Assembly: GCA_045603985.1 (NCBI GenBank)
Contig: JAZUNE010000007.1
Coordinates: forward strand, 23,202 to 87,201
Length of the DNA: 64,000 nt
From: Candidatus Nanosyncoccus sp.
GTDB taxonomy: Bacteria; Patescibacteriota; Saccharimonadia; Saccharimonadales; Saccharimonadaceae
Direction of reading: 5' to 3'
Shown: positions 27,415-36,957 of the stretch, piece by piece
How the letters are laid out: each line of letters begins with the position of its first letter
Position numbering within the stretch: position 1 is the first letter of the stretch
Position numbers and translations under genes: made by a program
The notes under the pieces: model-generated
What the model was told of the DNA's origin: nothing
The model's input: only the letters and a program-made list of their open reading frames with translations
Databases searched by the model: none

Positions 27415-27744
27415 TTAGAACTCCAATCCTTCCTTCCGAGCCGCCTCGGCAAGCGCCGACATTCGCCCAGCATATAATTTAGAACCTCGGTCAAAAACTA
27501 CTTTCGAAATTTTTGCCGATTTAGCTTTCTTTGCGATTTCTGTTCCGATTTTTTCCGCTTTTTCCATCTTCGATCCCGTCATCTTACTTCCAACCGTCGT
27601 CGCATAAGCAAGCGTTGTCTTCTTATCGTCATCAATGATTTGTGCCGTAATATTTAAGTTCGAAAAATGAACTGAAAGTCTCGGCCGTTCGCTCGTACCA
27701 TAAATCTTAGCTCGGGTACGTTTTGCTCTCATATTCTTATTCAT
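27415..27744 (-). CDS. rplR: 50S ribosomal protein L18
   Basis: RKRTRAKI...RPRLSV...FDRG...YAGR signature and operon position. Confidence 0.95.
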   Translation of the reverse strand: MNKNMRAKRTRAKIYGTSERPRLSVHFSNLNITAQIIDDDKKTTLAYATTVGSKMTGSKMEKAEKIGTEIAKKAKSAKISKVVFDRGSKLYAGRMSALAEAARKEGLEF

Positions 27745-28280
27745 TATTTCTTACCCGCCTTTCCTGCTTTACGAAGAATAACTTCGTCGACATACTTAAT
27801 ACCTTTACCCTTATAAGGCTCAGGTTTCTTGAGAGCACGGATTTCTGCAGCAACTTGACCAACTTTTTGTTTGTCAATCCCAGATACCGTGATTTCCATT
27901 TTATTAGTAGTAAGCGTTACCCCTTCCGGCGCTTTATATTTTACCGGGTGAGAGAACCCTAAAGCCATCTCAATTTCCTGACCTCCGCCAGAAAGTCTAA
28001 ATCCGACCCCATTAATCTCTAATTTTTTCTCAAACCCCTTAGTTACGCCTAAAACCGCGTTATTTAAAAGCGCGCGTTGTAGACCATGCCAGGCTCGAGA
28101 TTTCGGTTCGTCATCCTTACGGGTAACGATAATTTGCGCCCCTTCAACCTTCGTTTCAGTCCGAGGTTGCACCGGTACAATGAGTTGACCCTTCGGGCCT
28201 ACGACAGTAATTTCGCTGTCGCCGACCGTGATTGTCACTCCCGCCGGAATATCGATGGGCTGTTTTCCGATACGACTCAT
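27744..28280 (-). CDS. rplF: 50S ribosomal protein L6
   Basis: MSRIGKQPI..P.GV signature. Has its own promoter (TGATATAAT at 28315-28323, minus strand) and an SD. Confidence 0.95.
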   Translation of the reverse strand: MSRIGKQPIDIPAGVTITVGDSEITVVGPKGQLIVPVQPRTETKVEGAQIIVTRKDDEPKSRAWHGLQRALLNNAVLGVTKGFEKKLEINGVGFRLSGGGQEIEMALGFSHPVKYKAPEGVTLTTNKMEITVSGIDKQKVGQVAAEIRALKKPEPYKGKGIKYVDEVILRKAGKAGKK

Positions 28281-28344
28281 ATCTTTTCCTCTTTAAATTA
28301 ATATTATCTAACTAATTATATCACGAAACTCTAGAAGTTTCAAG

Positions 28345-28375
28345 AGAAAATCCCCCGTTTTAAGGAGGATTTTCA
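28345..28375 (-). terminator. Intrinsic terminator after the 633-aa surface-protein gene
   Basis: AATCCTCC/GGGGGATT stem followed by a T-rich tract on the minus strand. Confidence 0.65.
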
Positions 28376-28451
28376 CGCTATCTTTATATTATAGCACACT
28401 TTTTTATTTTTGTCAATATTATCTCTATTTTGATGTATGACCAACCCGGAA

Positions 28452-30353
28452 TTATTTCCTTCTAATTAGATAAGCGAAGCTCGTAGCCGAAACAATCAAG
28501 CCGACTGCAATTGCCGCAACAATCGCCGCGCTCATAGCAGAACTACCTTCTCTCGTCATCGTACCAGTATCTGGGCTTGCGGTTGCTTCTTCAGTTTCGT
28601 TTACCCCCACTATCGCATATGTAGATAAGTGGCTTGTCTCAAATGATAGATAATAACCTTCTTCATCCGGATCACTTAAATAAGCTTCTACCCGTTCTTT
28701 TTCTACACCGTCTTCGAAATAAACTGCGTAGAGTTTATCGTAGGCCGCAAGCTTAGTATGAGTTTCTTCGTCAATATCAATATACACAACCAATGCATTA
28801 TCTTTTACTTCAATCACCTCACCATCGCGATCAAACATATCAATATCAATCGCACCAATCAATTCACCACCCTTGTTTTCATCCAAGCTTAACCCCTCTG
28901 TGTCAACTTCGATTGCCGAAAGTGTCGCCTTTCTGTCTGCGATCAGCTTTTTTCCGAATTCTACTGCAGCAGATACATGGCCTTCTTCTTCACCACCATC
29001 CTCGACCCAATAGTTTTCGTAGTCAATTTTCTTCGGAGCAATATAGTTTACTTCTTCATCATTCTCATCAATAAAAGTATCGATTTCGTCAGCCGGATCT
29101 AAAGTGTTTGGGTCAAGTACTTTGAATGCATTTTCCTCAAAGTCTAGCGCCGAAACATAGCCATCTGCTATATATTTTTCATCTAGGTCTTTGTTGTATG
29201 TTCCACCAGTTACGAATCCAGTCACATCTTCACTTGACACAATCGGATCACCATTAGTTGCATTAAATGTACCTCCAGTAATCGATAGCTCAACTTTCGC
29301 AACATCCTCCTCACTGTTATTCTGAGGGTTGCTTTCACCAAAAACTACAGGAGCTGTAAAATTACCACTATTTACGGTTGCTGAAATTGCTTGCTTGGTC
29401 GTATGTTGAGCAACCGCAATAGCCACACCGCTAGCAGTAGAACCGTTACCGTTTGGATTAAATACATATTCAGCATCCGCTGGCACACTAATAGTTGCAC
29501 CATTCACGTTCAGCGTACCGGCACGCACTTCAACGCCACATTTTGCCGCATTAATAGTAATCTCCTCGCCAAGCGTTGTCAAACCGTTTGCTTGTGGCGC
29601 ATACACACCTAAATCACCAGAATTAATCGTACCAGCATTCAAAGTCAATTTTGCATTAGTACCTTCGTTGCTACCACTAGTTGAACCATTTCCGGAAACA
29701 CCGATTGAACCGTCCGCAGTTGCACTTACAGTACCTCCGTTCATTTCAAACTCCGCGTCCTTAAACACCGAAACACCCCACGTGTCACCAGTGACCGAAC
29801 CGTCATTCATCACAAACTTTGCACCGTTGCTAACGACTACTGCAACTGCCGTATCGCTACCGCCATTAATAGTACCGCCGTCCATCGTGAACAAGCCAGT
29901 GTCGTAATAAATAAACGCAGCTTGTCCCGCAGTCTCAATAGTCCCACTCTTCAACGTAGTATTATTATAAACATAAAGAGGCGCATAAATACCGCCCGTC
30001 TCAACAATTTTACCATTCTCGCCGGCATAAATAGTCAAATTACCTTCAGAGTTTATGATCGACCAACCATCGCTAGTCAACGTATAATTATTCAGATAAA
30101 GATTCATGTCAGCACCAGTTCGAAGGTCAGTCGTTAGATCAAACGATCCGCCCATCAAAACTGTAGACTTGTGTGATGTAAAAGCATCACTAAGTTCCGC
30201 GGTGCTCGTCACGACGGCGCAATTCTCAATCCCCTCACAAGAGTCGAGCACTCCGATCTCGCCAGCCGCGAACGAGCTTACTGGCACCAAAATCCCCGAC
30301 CCAAACACTAGCGCCGCCGCCGACAAAGCAGAAGCTATTCTATATTTAGTCAT
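28452..30353 (-). CDS. Cell-surface protein with parallel beta-helix-like repeats and a C-terminal sorting-signal-like anchor
   Basis: Signal peptide, then repeated G.(T/I).(N/G)G.. turns (GGTINGGSD, NDGSVTGDT, NGGTVSATADG, NAGTINSGD, NGATISV). The C-terminus has SPDTG, a hydrophobic stretch and RRK. Confidence 0.7.
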   Translation of the reverse strand: MTKYRIASALSAAALVFGSGILVPVSSFAAGEIGVLDSCEGIENCAVVTSTAELSDAFTSHKSTVLMGGSFDLTTDLRTGADMNLYLNNYTLTSDGWSIINSEGNLTIYAGENGKIVETGGIYAPLYVYNNTTLKSGTIETAGQAAFIYYDTGLFTMDGGTINGGSDTAVAVVVSNGAKFVMNDGSVTGDTWGVSVFKDAEFEMNGGTVSATADGSIGVSGNGSTSGSNEGTNAKLTLNAGTINSGDLGVYAPQANGLTTLGEEITINAAKCGVEVRAGTLNVNGATISVPADAEYVFNPNGNGSTASGVAIAVAQHTTKQAISATVNSGNFTAPVVFGESNPQNNSEEDVAKVELSITGGTFNATNGDPIVSSEDVTGFVTGGTYNKDLDEKYIADGYVSALDFEENAFKVLDPNTLDPADEIDTFIDENDEEVNYIAPKKIDYENYWVEDGGEEEGHVSAAVEFGKKLIADRKATLSAIEVDTEGLSLDENKGGELIGAIDIDMFDRDGEVIEVKDNALVVYIDIDEETHTKLAAYDKLYAVYFEDGVEKERVEAYLSDPDEEGYYLSFETSHLSTYAIVGVNETEEATASPDTGTMTREGSSAMSAAIVAAIAVGLIVSATSFAYLIRRK

Positions 30354-30461
30354 TTTTCTCTCTCACCTCCTTATATATTATACTTATGATTATAGACCGC
30401 CACTTTTTTAAAGTCAAGCATTTTTAAGTTAATTTTAAACTCATTTTCGCACTTGGCAAAA

Positions 30462-30503
30462 ACAAAAATACCACTATATATTATATAGTGGTATTTTTTT
30501 AAA
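30462..30503 (-). terminator. Intrinsic terminator after the 1579-aa adhesin gene
   Basis: 14-bp perfect stem AATACCACTATATA/TATATAGTGGTATT followed by a T-run. Confidence 0.85.
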
Positions 30504-30511
30504 AATTATTT

Positions 30512-33500
30512 CTACTGCTCCCGCTTCGTAAATATAAACGCCATTCCTACTAGAGATATTCCAATCATCATAGCGACAGATATAGCCATATTCACACTCG
30601 CCGAATTCTCGCTATCGGTTTTTATCAATTTAGTTAATTTGCCCGTCTCCGGCGTCATCGGCAATCCACCATAACCCTCATCTTCCTCCGGCTCATGCAT
30701 ATTAACGAAAATCGTAGTACGCCTACCGCTAATCTCATCAATTTGTTCGTATCCTTCTATCTCCAGCGGTTCTTCAGCATAATATTCAATTTCTTCAGCA
30801 TTTTCATCCGCAACCGGCAAATTCTCAAATGTCCACTCCCAAACGTCACTAGTCTCCAAATCTTCTCCCCAATCTTCCTCAGTCTCATTTTCCGCCGACA
30901 AGTCCTTAGTCTCTATCGTCTCGCCATTCGCCAACAGATTGATTGCTAATTTTGTTGGACGAGAACCGTCCTTATTATGCTCGTCTTGCCAAACCTTTAC
31001 TACTCTATATGTAGTTTTATTTACTTCATATTCGTTCGTAATCTCAAACACTACTTCGTCATCCCTATCAACTTCTTTCTGAATATCATCATCACCCGAT
31101 ACCGTCAAAGTAAAGTTCTCCACTTCGGCATTCTTTTCCGAAACCGTATATACACCAGTTGGCACTTCACCTTCTACCGTACAGATAATCTCATAATCAC
31201 CAGATACAGTACAACCTTCTCCAATCTTCAAAACCATCTCACCTTTATCGCCAAAATCCTCTGGGCCAGTAATTGTAAACTCCAAATCTTTCAATACCTC
31301 AGCCTTCAAGCCAACTGTGGTCTTTTTAATCGTGAACGATTTTGCCATACTTCTAGTCCATGTGTTCGTAATATCGTTGCCCAAAATCACCTTCTCCCAC
31401 TTCCCGTTTTCAATCTCAGCATCTTCACGGTAAATCACTATCACACTTTCACCCTCATCAAACGTAGTCTCACCAATTTTGGATTCTTGCACCGTATAGA
31501 TAATCGGCTCACCGTTTTTATACTTATAAAGCTTCTTAAAAGTATACTTCCATTCAGTGGCCGCCGAAATAACAACTGGCTCACCTAGCCTCGTACCATT
31601 AGCGTATAACTCAACCGTAACAGTAATTGGTCTGACTAATTCATTACCTTCACCATCCCAAATCTTCTGCACTGTCAATTCACCAGTATCATCATACAAT
31701 GCTGGCTCATGAAAATTAGTAATTACTCCATTCTCATCAACTGTTACAGTATAATTATCATCACCAGTAAACTCAATGCAAGAAATCGCTTCACCACTAC
31801 CACTACACGACGATGCCTCTACAACTTCGTAAGTAATTTCTTCACCGTTTATAGTCTCTTTCGGCAAATGCGTAAACTTATAATTATCCTTATTCACAAG
31901 CGCCAATTTTTCGTATGCTACATATTTGCCACTATTATTCTTTACTGCTACATAATAATTCGCATAATTCTTACGCAAACCATCACGATCCTCATCATCA
32001 TCCCAAACCTTAGCAGCAGTAATATCGATATAGGAAATCGGCTCATTTTCAACCGTAAATGTACGACTCTTAATATCATATTCATATCCATCTACCTGCG
32101 AAGTGCTAAATGAAAAGACGTATTCATAAAAGTTCTTAAGATTAATAAGATCAACAGTATTAAGTTTCTTAATTTTAGTAATATTGATATTTGGTTCAGT
32201 AGAAACTAGTCTATAACCTTCTGGCGCACCAGTCTCCTTTAGAGTGTACTCACCAGCATCCAAATTGCTAAAAGTAGCTTCACCATCAGCGTTAGTAGTT
32301 GCTGTAAAAGTAGTACCGTTCTTGAGCTTAAGTTCAAAGGTTGCGCCTTCGAGAGGTTCTTCGGTCAAAGCATCAATCTTTTGAATATTAAGGCTGGTTA
32401 AACCAGTAACGCTTTCAGTAGCTGGTGTCCAAGTATTTTGAAGAATATAATCTTCAAGAGTCATGACCTTCCATCTTCCCACAACGGCATACTGACCATT
32501 ATTCTCTTCAGAATCATATTTAAAGAAAACCTCTAGTTCATCATCATAGGTAGCACCTTCAATGGCACTTTCCTTGATCGAATAAACAATCTCTTCACCA
32601 TTATCATATTTCGGAAGGTCAATAAATGAACCCTTCCAATCAGTATCAGCAGTAACTTCTTCGGTTTCACCGGTAGAAACTACTTTACCATCAGCGCCTT
32701 TTTTGAAAAGTTCAATAGTGATACTGCCAGGAAGATTCTCACCACTTAACACGTCGCCATCCGCATCATACCAAGTCTTCTCAAAGTCTACTCTGGTTTT
32801 TTCATCAAGGAATTTATTAGTAACAGTGACGGATGAAGCAGTATTACCGGAAACCACATAATAACCGTCTTCTGTTTGAGTGGCATCAATCGGGTCACTA
32901 ACGCCGTATGCTTCTTCATAAACGATAACCGGATTTGTATCGTATCCATTTTTCTCGGTTTCTTCAACATAATACTGCACGCCAGAATCAACGTTAACAA
33001 TACGAATAGTATCACCAACATAAATTGTTTCGTTTATTTTACCATTACCGTATATATGTTCACTGCGACTATATTTGATATTCCCTTCATCATCATATAC
33101 GATATTATCTTCATATTCTGGGTTTTTCTCACCATAGTAAATACGATAGTCATATGCATATGGATTACCATCGGCATCTACTAGATGGATAGTAACGTCA
33201 AACGAGTCATTAGTATCAATCTCGTTGCCATTTTTATCGACGACTTTCTTCTGGATGTTAATACCACCTTTCAATGTATTAGTAGCAGAAACAGAATCCA
33301 TCGCCTTGAATTCTTCGATACCAGTAATATTATCAGAAGCATCGCGAGTAAAGAACACATTTGTTAGTTCATTATCAACTATCATTGGATGATAAACATA
33401 GTTTGTTAATTCGAAGTGACCATTAATATCCTCTTCCTCAAAGTAGTAGTCGTGACCAGTTTCAAGAATAATATAAGTCTTACCACCAAAAGAATATTCA

Positions 33501-35251
33501 GTATGACCGGCTTTCAAAAGATTATAATTTGGAGAATCGTTACTAATCATTATGCCCGGCGCAACAGAGATATAATCATTTAGCTTCCAATCATTATCTT
33601 CAGTAAGATGAATATCTTGTTCGTATGGGCTGTTGTCTTTGTAAAAGTTTAGAACAACCTCACCGTTAACTTCCTCACGCTGTGATGGATCCAAATCATC
33701 TTCCCACTTTTTCTCAAGGGTTAGCTTCCTAGTGTCAAGAGGCATCGGTCCATCGTTTTCTATATTAATAGTAGTTGGGTCAGAAACAGTAGTAGTTGGC
33801 ACACCATTTACAGTCACGGTCTCAACAGTTGAATATGTAAGCGTTGGCCATTTAGTATTAGTTTGCAAACTATAGCTATCTCCATCTTTTACAATAGATG
33901 CTTTTTGCGCATCAGTTAAGCTATCATATGAAATTCTGCCGTTATTAAGATCAGCGAGTAAATCATAAGCTTCCTGAGATGGCCAAACGGTAAATGAGAC
34001 AGTCGCAGTTTCGCCATCTTTAAGAGTAGTATCGCCAAGATCCCAAACTACGGTTTTAACACCATCAATAGTTTTGATCTCAGCTTCTGGCGCATCAGCC
34101 CAAGCAACACCGCCCTTAGTATAAACAAAGTTGTCTGGATTGCCGCTTACGGCAGCAGTAGTAAGCGCAGTAATCCCATCAGTAAACTTAATATTAGTAA
34201 GAGAAAGAGCATTAGTGATTTGATCGACAATTTGCTGGAAAGCTTCTTCCAAAGCGTCTTGATCGGAAGCATCGTAATATTTGTCAGAACCGGCGAGGTT
34301 TTGCATAACAGTTGCATTACCAAATGCGCCGACTGTATATAATGTAGTATTGCTTGATGCGGCAATCTCGTCGGCTACGGCTTTAGCAGCATTAAAATTC
34401 CAATTGTTTGGATCAGAATTACCAGAACCCCATTTATTAGCAGTACTATTCCAGCCACCATTACTTGACGGAGTATTATAATTTGCGCCCATTTGCGAAT
34501 CGCGGAAGGTTGGATCACCATCGGAAACGAAAATTACATAATTGGTTTCATCTGGTTGAGAACTAATACGATTATCAACCAAAGTTTTAGCGGCAGAAAG
34601 AGCAGTCTCCCAGTTAGTCCCACCTTGCGCACTATTTGGTACACTATATCCATTTACCGCATTATTTAAAGTTGTTTCACTGGTACTCCAATCGGTAGTA
34701 CCCCTAACACTAGTAGCAAAGTTTACGAGAGAAATTTCGACGGTGTCGCTATCGGCGCCTTCAAGGTTATTATTAGCGAGAAGAGTCGAAATAAGATTAG
34801 TAGTTGCGTTTTGAGCAACAGTGAGACGATTAGATGTACATCTATAATGATCGCCATTATATTCAGTTCCACCCGTTCCATAACGCCAAGCACGATTTTG
34901 ACGATATAAAGGAATGTAGTCACTCCCTACAAGACCGTATTGACCGGTACTATTATTATTATAATTATTATTAAGCGTACAATCTGTACCGTATTCCATT
35001 GAATTCGATGTATCAAACACGACAACAACATTAGCCTTTGAGACTGAAGTCTCAGAATTCTGCTTGCCAGTTACACTTAAAGTAATGTTATAAGTCCCGT
35101 CACCATTCGGTGTCACAGTTTTTGAATTTATTGGGACTTCGCCAGCCGAATTCTCCCCTTCCGCATAGGCATTAAAAAAAGTCATTGGCATAGAACCAAA
35201 AACCATTACTATCGCCGCGAAAATATTAAATATTTTGCGTTTTAATCTCAT
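30512..35251 (-). CDS. Giant vWA/CnaB/SpaA-domain adhesin (Gram-positive tip-pilin or MSCRAMM-like)
   Basis: Signal peptide, then a vWA MIDAS motif (VVVVFDTSNSM, ...VSDGDPT). At least five CnaB-type repeats (KKWEDD, KTWYDADGD, KVWDDDEDRDG, KIWDGEGN, KVWQDEHNKDGSRP). One SpaA-type domain (GATFELK...NADGEATFSNLDAGEYTLKETGAPEGY). The C-terminus has LPMTPETG, a TM and basic residues. Confidence 0.85.
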   Translation of the reverse strand: MRLKRKIFNIFAAIVMVFGSMPMTFFNAYAEGENSAGEVPINSKTVTPNGDGTYNITLSVTGKQNSETSVSKANVVVVFDTSNSMEYGTDCTLNNNYNNNSTGQYGLVGSDYIPLYRQNRAWRYGTGGTEYNGDHYRCTSNRLTVAQNATTNLISTLLANNNLEGADSDTVEISLVNFATSVRGTTDWSTSETTLNNAVNGYSVPNSAQGGTNWETALSAAKTLVDNRISSQPDETNYVIFVSDGDPTFRDSQMGANYNTPSSNGGWNSTANKWGSGNSDPNNWNFNAAKAVADEIAASSNTTLYTVGAFGNATVMQNLAGSDKYYDASDQDALEEAFQQIVDQITNALSLTNIKFTDGITALTTAAVSGNPDNFVYTKGGVAWADAPEAEIKTIDGVKTVVWDLGDTTLKDGETATVSFTVWPSQEAYDLLADLNNGRISYDSLTDAQKASIVKDGDSYSLQTNTKWPTLTYSTVETVTVNGVPTTTVSDPTTINIENDGPMPLDTRKLTLEKKWEDDLDPSQREEVNGEVVLNFYKDNSPYEQDIHLTEDNDWKLNDYISVAPGIMISNDSPNYNLLKAGHTEYSFGGKTYIILETGHDYYFEEEDINGHFELTNYVYHPMIVDNELTNVFFTRDASDNITGIEEFKAMDSVSATNTLKGGINIQKKVVDKNGNEIDTNDSFDVTIHLVDADGNPYAYDYRIYYGEKNPEYEDNIVYDDEGNIKYSRSEHIYGNGKINETIYVGDTIRIVNVDSGVQYYVEETEKNGYDTNPVIVYEEAYGVSDPIDATQTEDGYYVVSGNTASSVTVTNKFLDEKTRVDFEKTWYDADGDVLSGENLPGSITIELFKKGADGKVVSTGETEEVTADTDWKGSFIDLPKYDNGEEIVYSIKESAIEGATYDDELEVFFKYDSEENNGQYAVVGRWKVMTLEDYILQNTWTPATESVTGLTSLNIQKIDALTEEPLEGATFELKLKNGTTFTATTNADGEATFSNLDAGEYTLKETGAPEGYRLVSTEPNINITKIKKLNTVDLINLKNFYEYVFSFSTSQVDGYEYDIKSRTFTVENEPISYIDITAAKVWDDDEDRDGLRKNYANYYVAVKNNSGKYVAYEKLALVNKDNYKFTHLPKETINGEEITYEVVEASSCSGSGEAISCIEFTGDDNYTVTVDENGVITNFHEPALYDDTGELTVQKIWDGEGNELVRPITVTVELYANGTRLGEPVVISAATEWKYTFKKLYKYKNGEPIIYTVQESKIGETTFDEGESVIVIYREDAEIENGKWEKVILGNDITNTWTRSMAKSFTIKKTTVGLKAEVLKDLEFTITGPEDFGDKGEMVLKIGEGCTVSGDYEIICTVEGEVPTGVYTVSEKNAEVENFTLTVSGDDDIQKEVDRDDEVVFEITNEYEVNKTTYRVVKVWQDEHNKDGSRPTKLAINLLANGETIETKDLSAENETEEDWGEDLETSDVWEWTFENLPVADENAEEIEYYAEEPLEIEGYEQIDEISGRRTTIFVNMHEPEEDEGYGGLPMTPETGKLTKLIKTDSENSASVNMAISVAMMIGISLVGMAFIFTKREQ

Positions 35252-35333
35252 TTTATATACTCCTTCGCTAGTATTTTGCCGCCATTATATCACGCCCGCC
35301 AACTAGGAGCAACGATAAGCATTTTCAAAATTA

Positions 35334-35364
35334 CAAAAAAATAACCCCGTAGGGTTATTTTTTC
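35334..35364 (-). terminator. Intrinsic terminator after rpsH
   Basis: ATAACCC-loop-GGGTTAT hairpin followed by a T-run on the minus strand. Confidence 0.8.
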
Positions 35365-35369
35365 GCATT

Positions 35370-35771
35370 TTACCAAACTTTCACTAAAATTTCGCCACCT
35401 AATCGATTTTTCTTCGCTTCACGTCCAGTCATCAAACCTTTAGAAGTAGATACAATAATCATTCCTCGCCCAGATTTTACCGTCGGCAAATCATCTGCCG
35501 ACGAATAAACTCTTCGACCCGGTTTTGAAACTTTAGAAATTTCGTTTATCTTCGCGTTAGTTCCGGCTTCGTTAATGATAACTTTTAACATCCCTCTCGG
35601 ATTTCCATCAATTATTTCAAAATCATCAACGTACCCATTCTTTTTTAAGACTTCAATAACCTGAACTTTAAGCTTAGAAGTAGGAACGAAGATTTCATTT
35701 TTAGAAGCACTTATCGCATTACGAATACGCGTTAAGAGATCTGCAATTTGATCAGTAGATTGTAATGACAT
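35370..35771 (-). CDS. rpsH: 30S ribosomal protein S8
   Basis: DQIADLLTRIRNA signature and a C-terminal GGEILVKVW. Confidence 0.95.
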   Translation of the reverse strand: MSLQSTDQIADLLTRIRNAISASKNEIFVPTSKLKVQVIEVLKKNGYVDDFEIIDGNPRGMLKVIINEAGTNAKINEISKVSKPGRRVYSSADDLPTVKSGRGMIIVSTSKGLMTGREAKKNRLGGEILVKVW

Positions 35772-35786
35772 ATTTTCTCCTTTCTC

Positions 35787-36056
35787 CTACCAACTACTCT
35801 TAGTTACTCCAGGAATCTCGCCCTTCGAAGCTTTTTCCCGAAAATTAATACGACTAAGTCCAAACCGACGCATATATCCCCGCGGACGACCATCTAAAAG
35901 ATCGCGGTTTTTAAGTCGCGTCGGCGAAGCGTTACGCGGAAGTTTCTGTAAACCTTCTAAGTCTCCCGCCGCTTTTAATTCAGCACGTTTAGCCTTATAT
36001 TTTTCATTCATTTTGCGCCGTTTTTCATCTCGGAGTACTGCAGACTTTTTAGCCAT
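35787..36056 (-). CDS. rpsN: 30S ribosomal protein S14 (long, non-zinc type)
   Basis: MAKKS...[26 protein letters not shown]...W. The start is set at 36056, 1 nt after the rplE stop. Confidence 0.92.
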   Translation of the reverse strand: MAKKSAVLRDEKRRKMNEKYKAKRAELKAAGDLEGLQKLPRNASPTRLKNRDLLDGRPRGYMRRFGLSRINFREKASKGEIPGVTKSSW

Positions 36057-36057
36057 C

Positions 36058-36669
36058 TTACTTGTCTCCTTTCTCAAACGGCATACCGAAGAGTTCTAAC
36101 AATTTTAGACTTCCTTCCTTTGAACCATTTTTAATAATAAATGTTATTTCTAAACCGTGTAAGACGCTTGCATCTTCGAAAGTAATTTCCGGAAATACAG
36201 TTTGTTCCTTTAATCCTAAATTATAATTACCTTGAGCGTCAAATGCCTGCCTAGAAACTCCATGAAAGTCGCGTACATGCGGTAAAGCGATATTAATTAA
36301 CCGATCAACAAATTCATACATCTTGTCATTTCGAAGTGTAGTAAGATATCCAACCGGCGCACCCATTCCTTTTCGAATTTTAAAGGTCGCGATTGATTTC
36401 TTTGCTAATCTCGAAGTTGCCGCCTGGCCAGTAATTTTCGCAAGCGTAAGTTCTACTGTTTCAGTAAATCTTTTATCTTCGCGTTTCTTACCAACTCCTG
36501 AAGAAACAACAACTTTTTTAAGTTCTGGAACTTGATTTATATTTTTTAAACCTAGTTCCTTTTTAAGTTTCGCCTTTAGCTCCGTATTATAGAGAGCTTT
36601 GAGGCGTGGTTGTGCTAATGTCTCAGCTTTTTTCGCCGTAGCCTTAGCAGCCGTTTTCTTTTCCGCCAT
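36058..36669 (-). CDS. rplE: 50S ribosomal protein L5
   Basis: L5 blocks ([32 protein letters not shown]) with an Ala/Lys-rich N-terminal extension. Confidence 0.95.
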   Translation of the reverse strand: MAEKKTAAKATAKKAETLAQPRLKALYNTELKAKLKKELGLKNINQVPELKKVVVSSGVGKKREDKRFTETVELTLAKITGQAATSRLAKKSIATFKIRKGMGAPVGYLTTLRNDKMYEFVDRLINIALPHVRDFHGVSRQAFDAQGNYNLGLKEQTVFPEITFEDASVLHGLEITFIIKNGSKEGSLKLLELFGMPFEKGDK

Positions 36670-36956
36670 TATTTAGCTCCTTTCTTTGCTTTAGCGTTTT
36701 TCTTATCATTTTTCTTCTCGGACTTATATTCCGCCGACTCAATTAATTTCAAATTCGAGAAATCAATCCCTACATGAATAGTTTTCTTCCCGCCCGCTGG
36801 ATTATATTGCGTTTTTTTCATGTGTCGCTCAACTAATCCAATTCCTTCAAGGCAAGCTTTCCTATTCGTTCGGTCAATTCCTACAATCTTAGCCTCAGCT
36901 CCCTTATGATTACCAGAAATTACTAAGACTTTATCATTTATCTTCAAACTTTTCAT
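36669..36956 (-). CDS. rplX: 50S ribosomal protein L24
   Basis: KOW motif (INDKVLVISGNHKG) and operon position. Lys-rich tail. Confidence 0.93.
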   Translation of the reverse strand: MKSLKINDKVLVISGNHKGAEAKIVGIDRTNRKACLEGIGLVERHMKKTQYNPAGGKKTIHVGIDFSNLKLIESAEYKSEKKNDKKNAKAKKGAK

Positions 36957-36957
36957 C

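Noticed and set aside
26670-27494. Longer N-terminal extensions offered by the ORF track for rpsE (27494), rpsN (36077), rsmA (53042) and hisS (58291)
   Set aside because: These extensions overlap the preceding gene or the promoter box and encode non-conserved residues. Internal ATGs placed 1 nt after the upstream stop, or 7 nt after a -10 box, fit better.
30977-31588. 203-aa plus-strand ORF, and several others (31709-32113, 32876-33184 and more), antisense to the adhesin gene
   Set aside because: Their composition (Ile/Phe/Asn/Leu-rich) is nonsense and they have no start signals. The minus-strand frame encodes clearly recognisable vWA and CnaB domains.
28281-35369. Adhesin cassette as a classical mobile element or genomic island
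   Set aside because: No integrase, transposase, tRNA attachment site or flanking direct repeats are visible. It is reported as an insertion of unknown mechanism rather than annotated as a mobile element.
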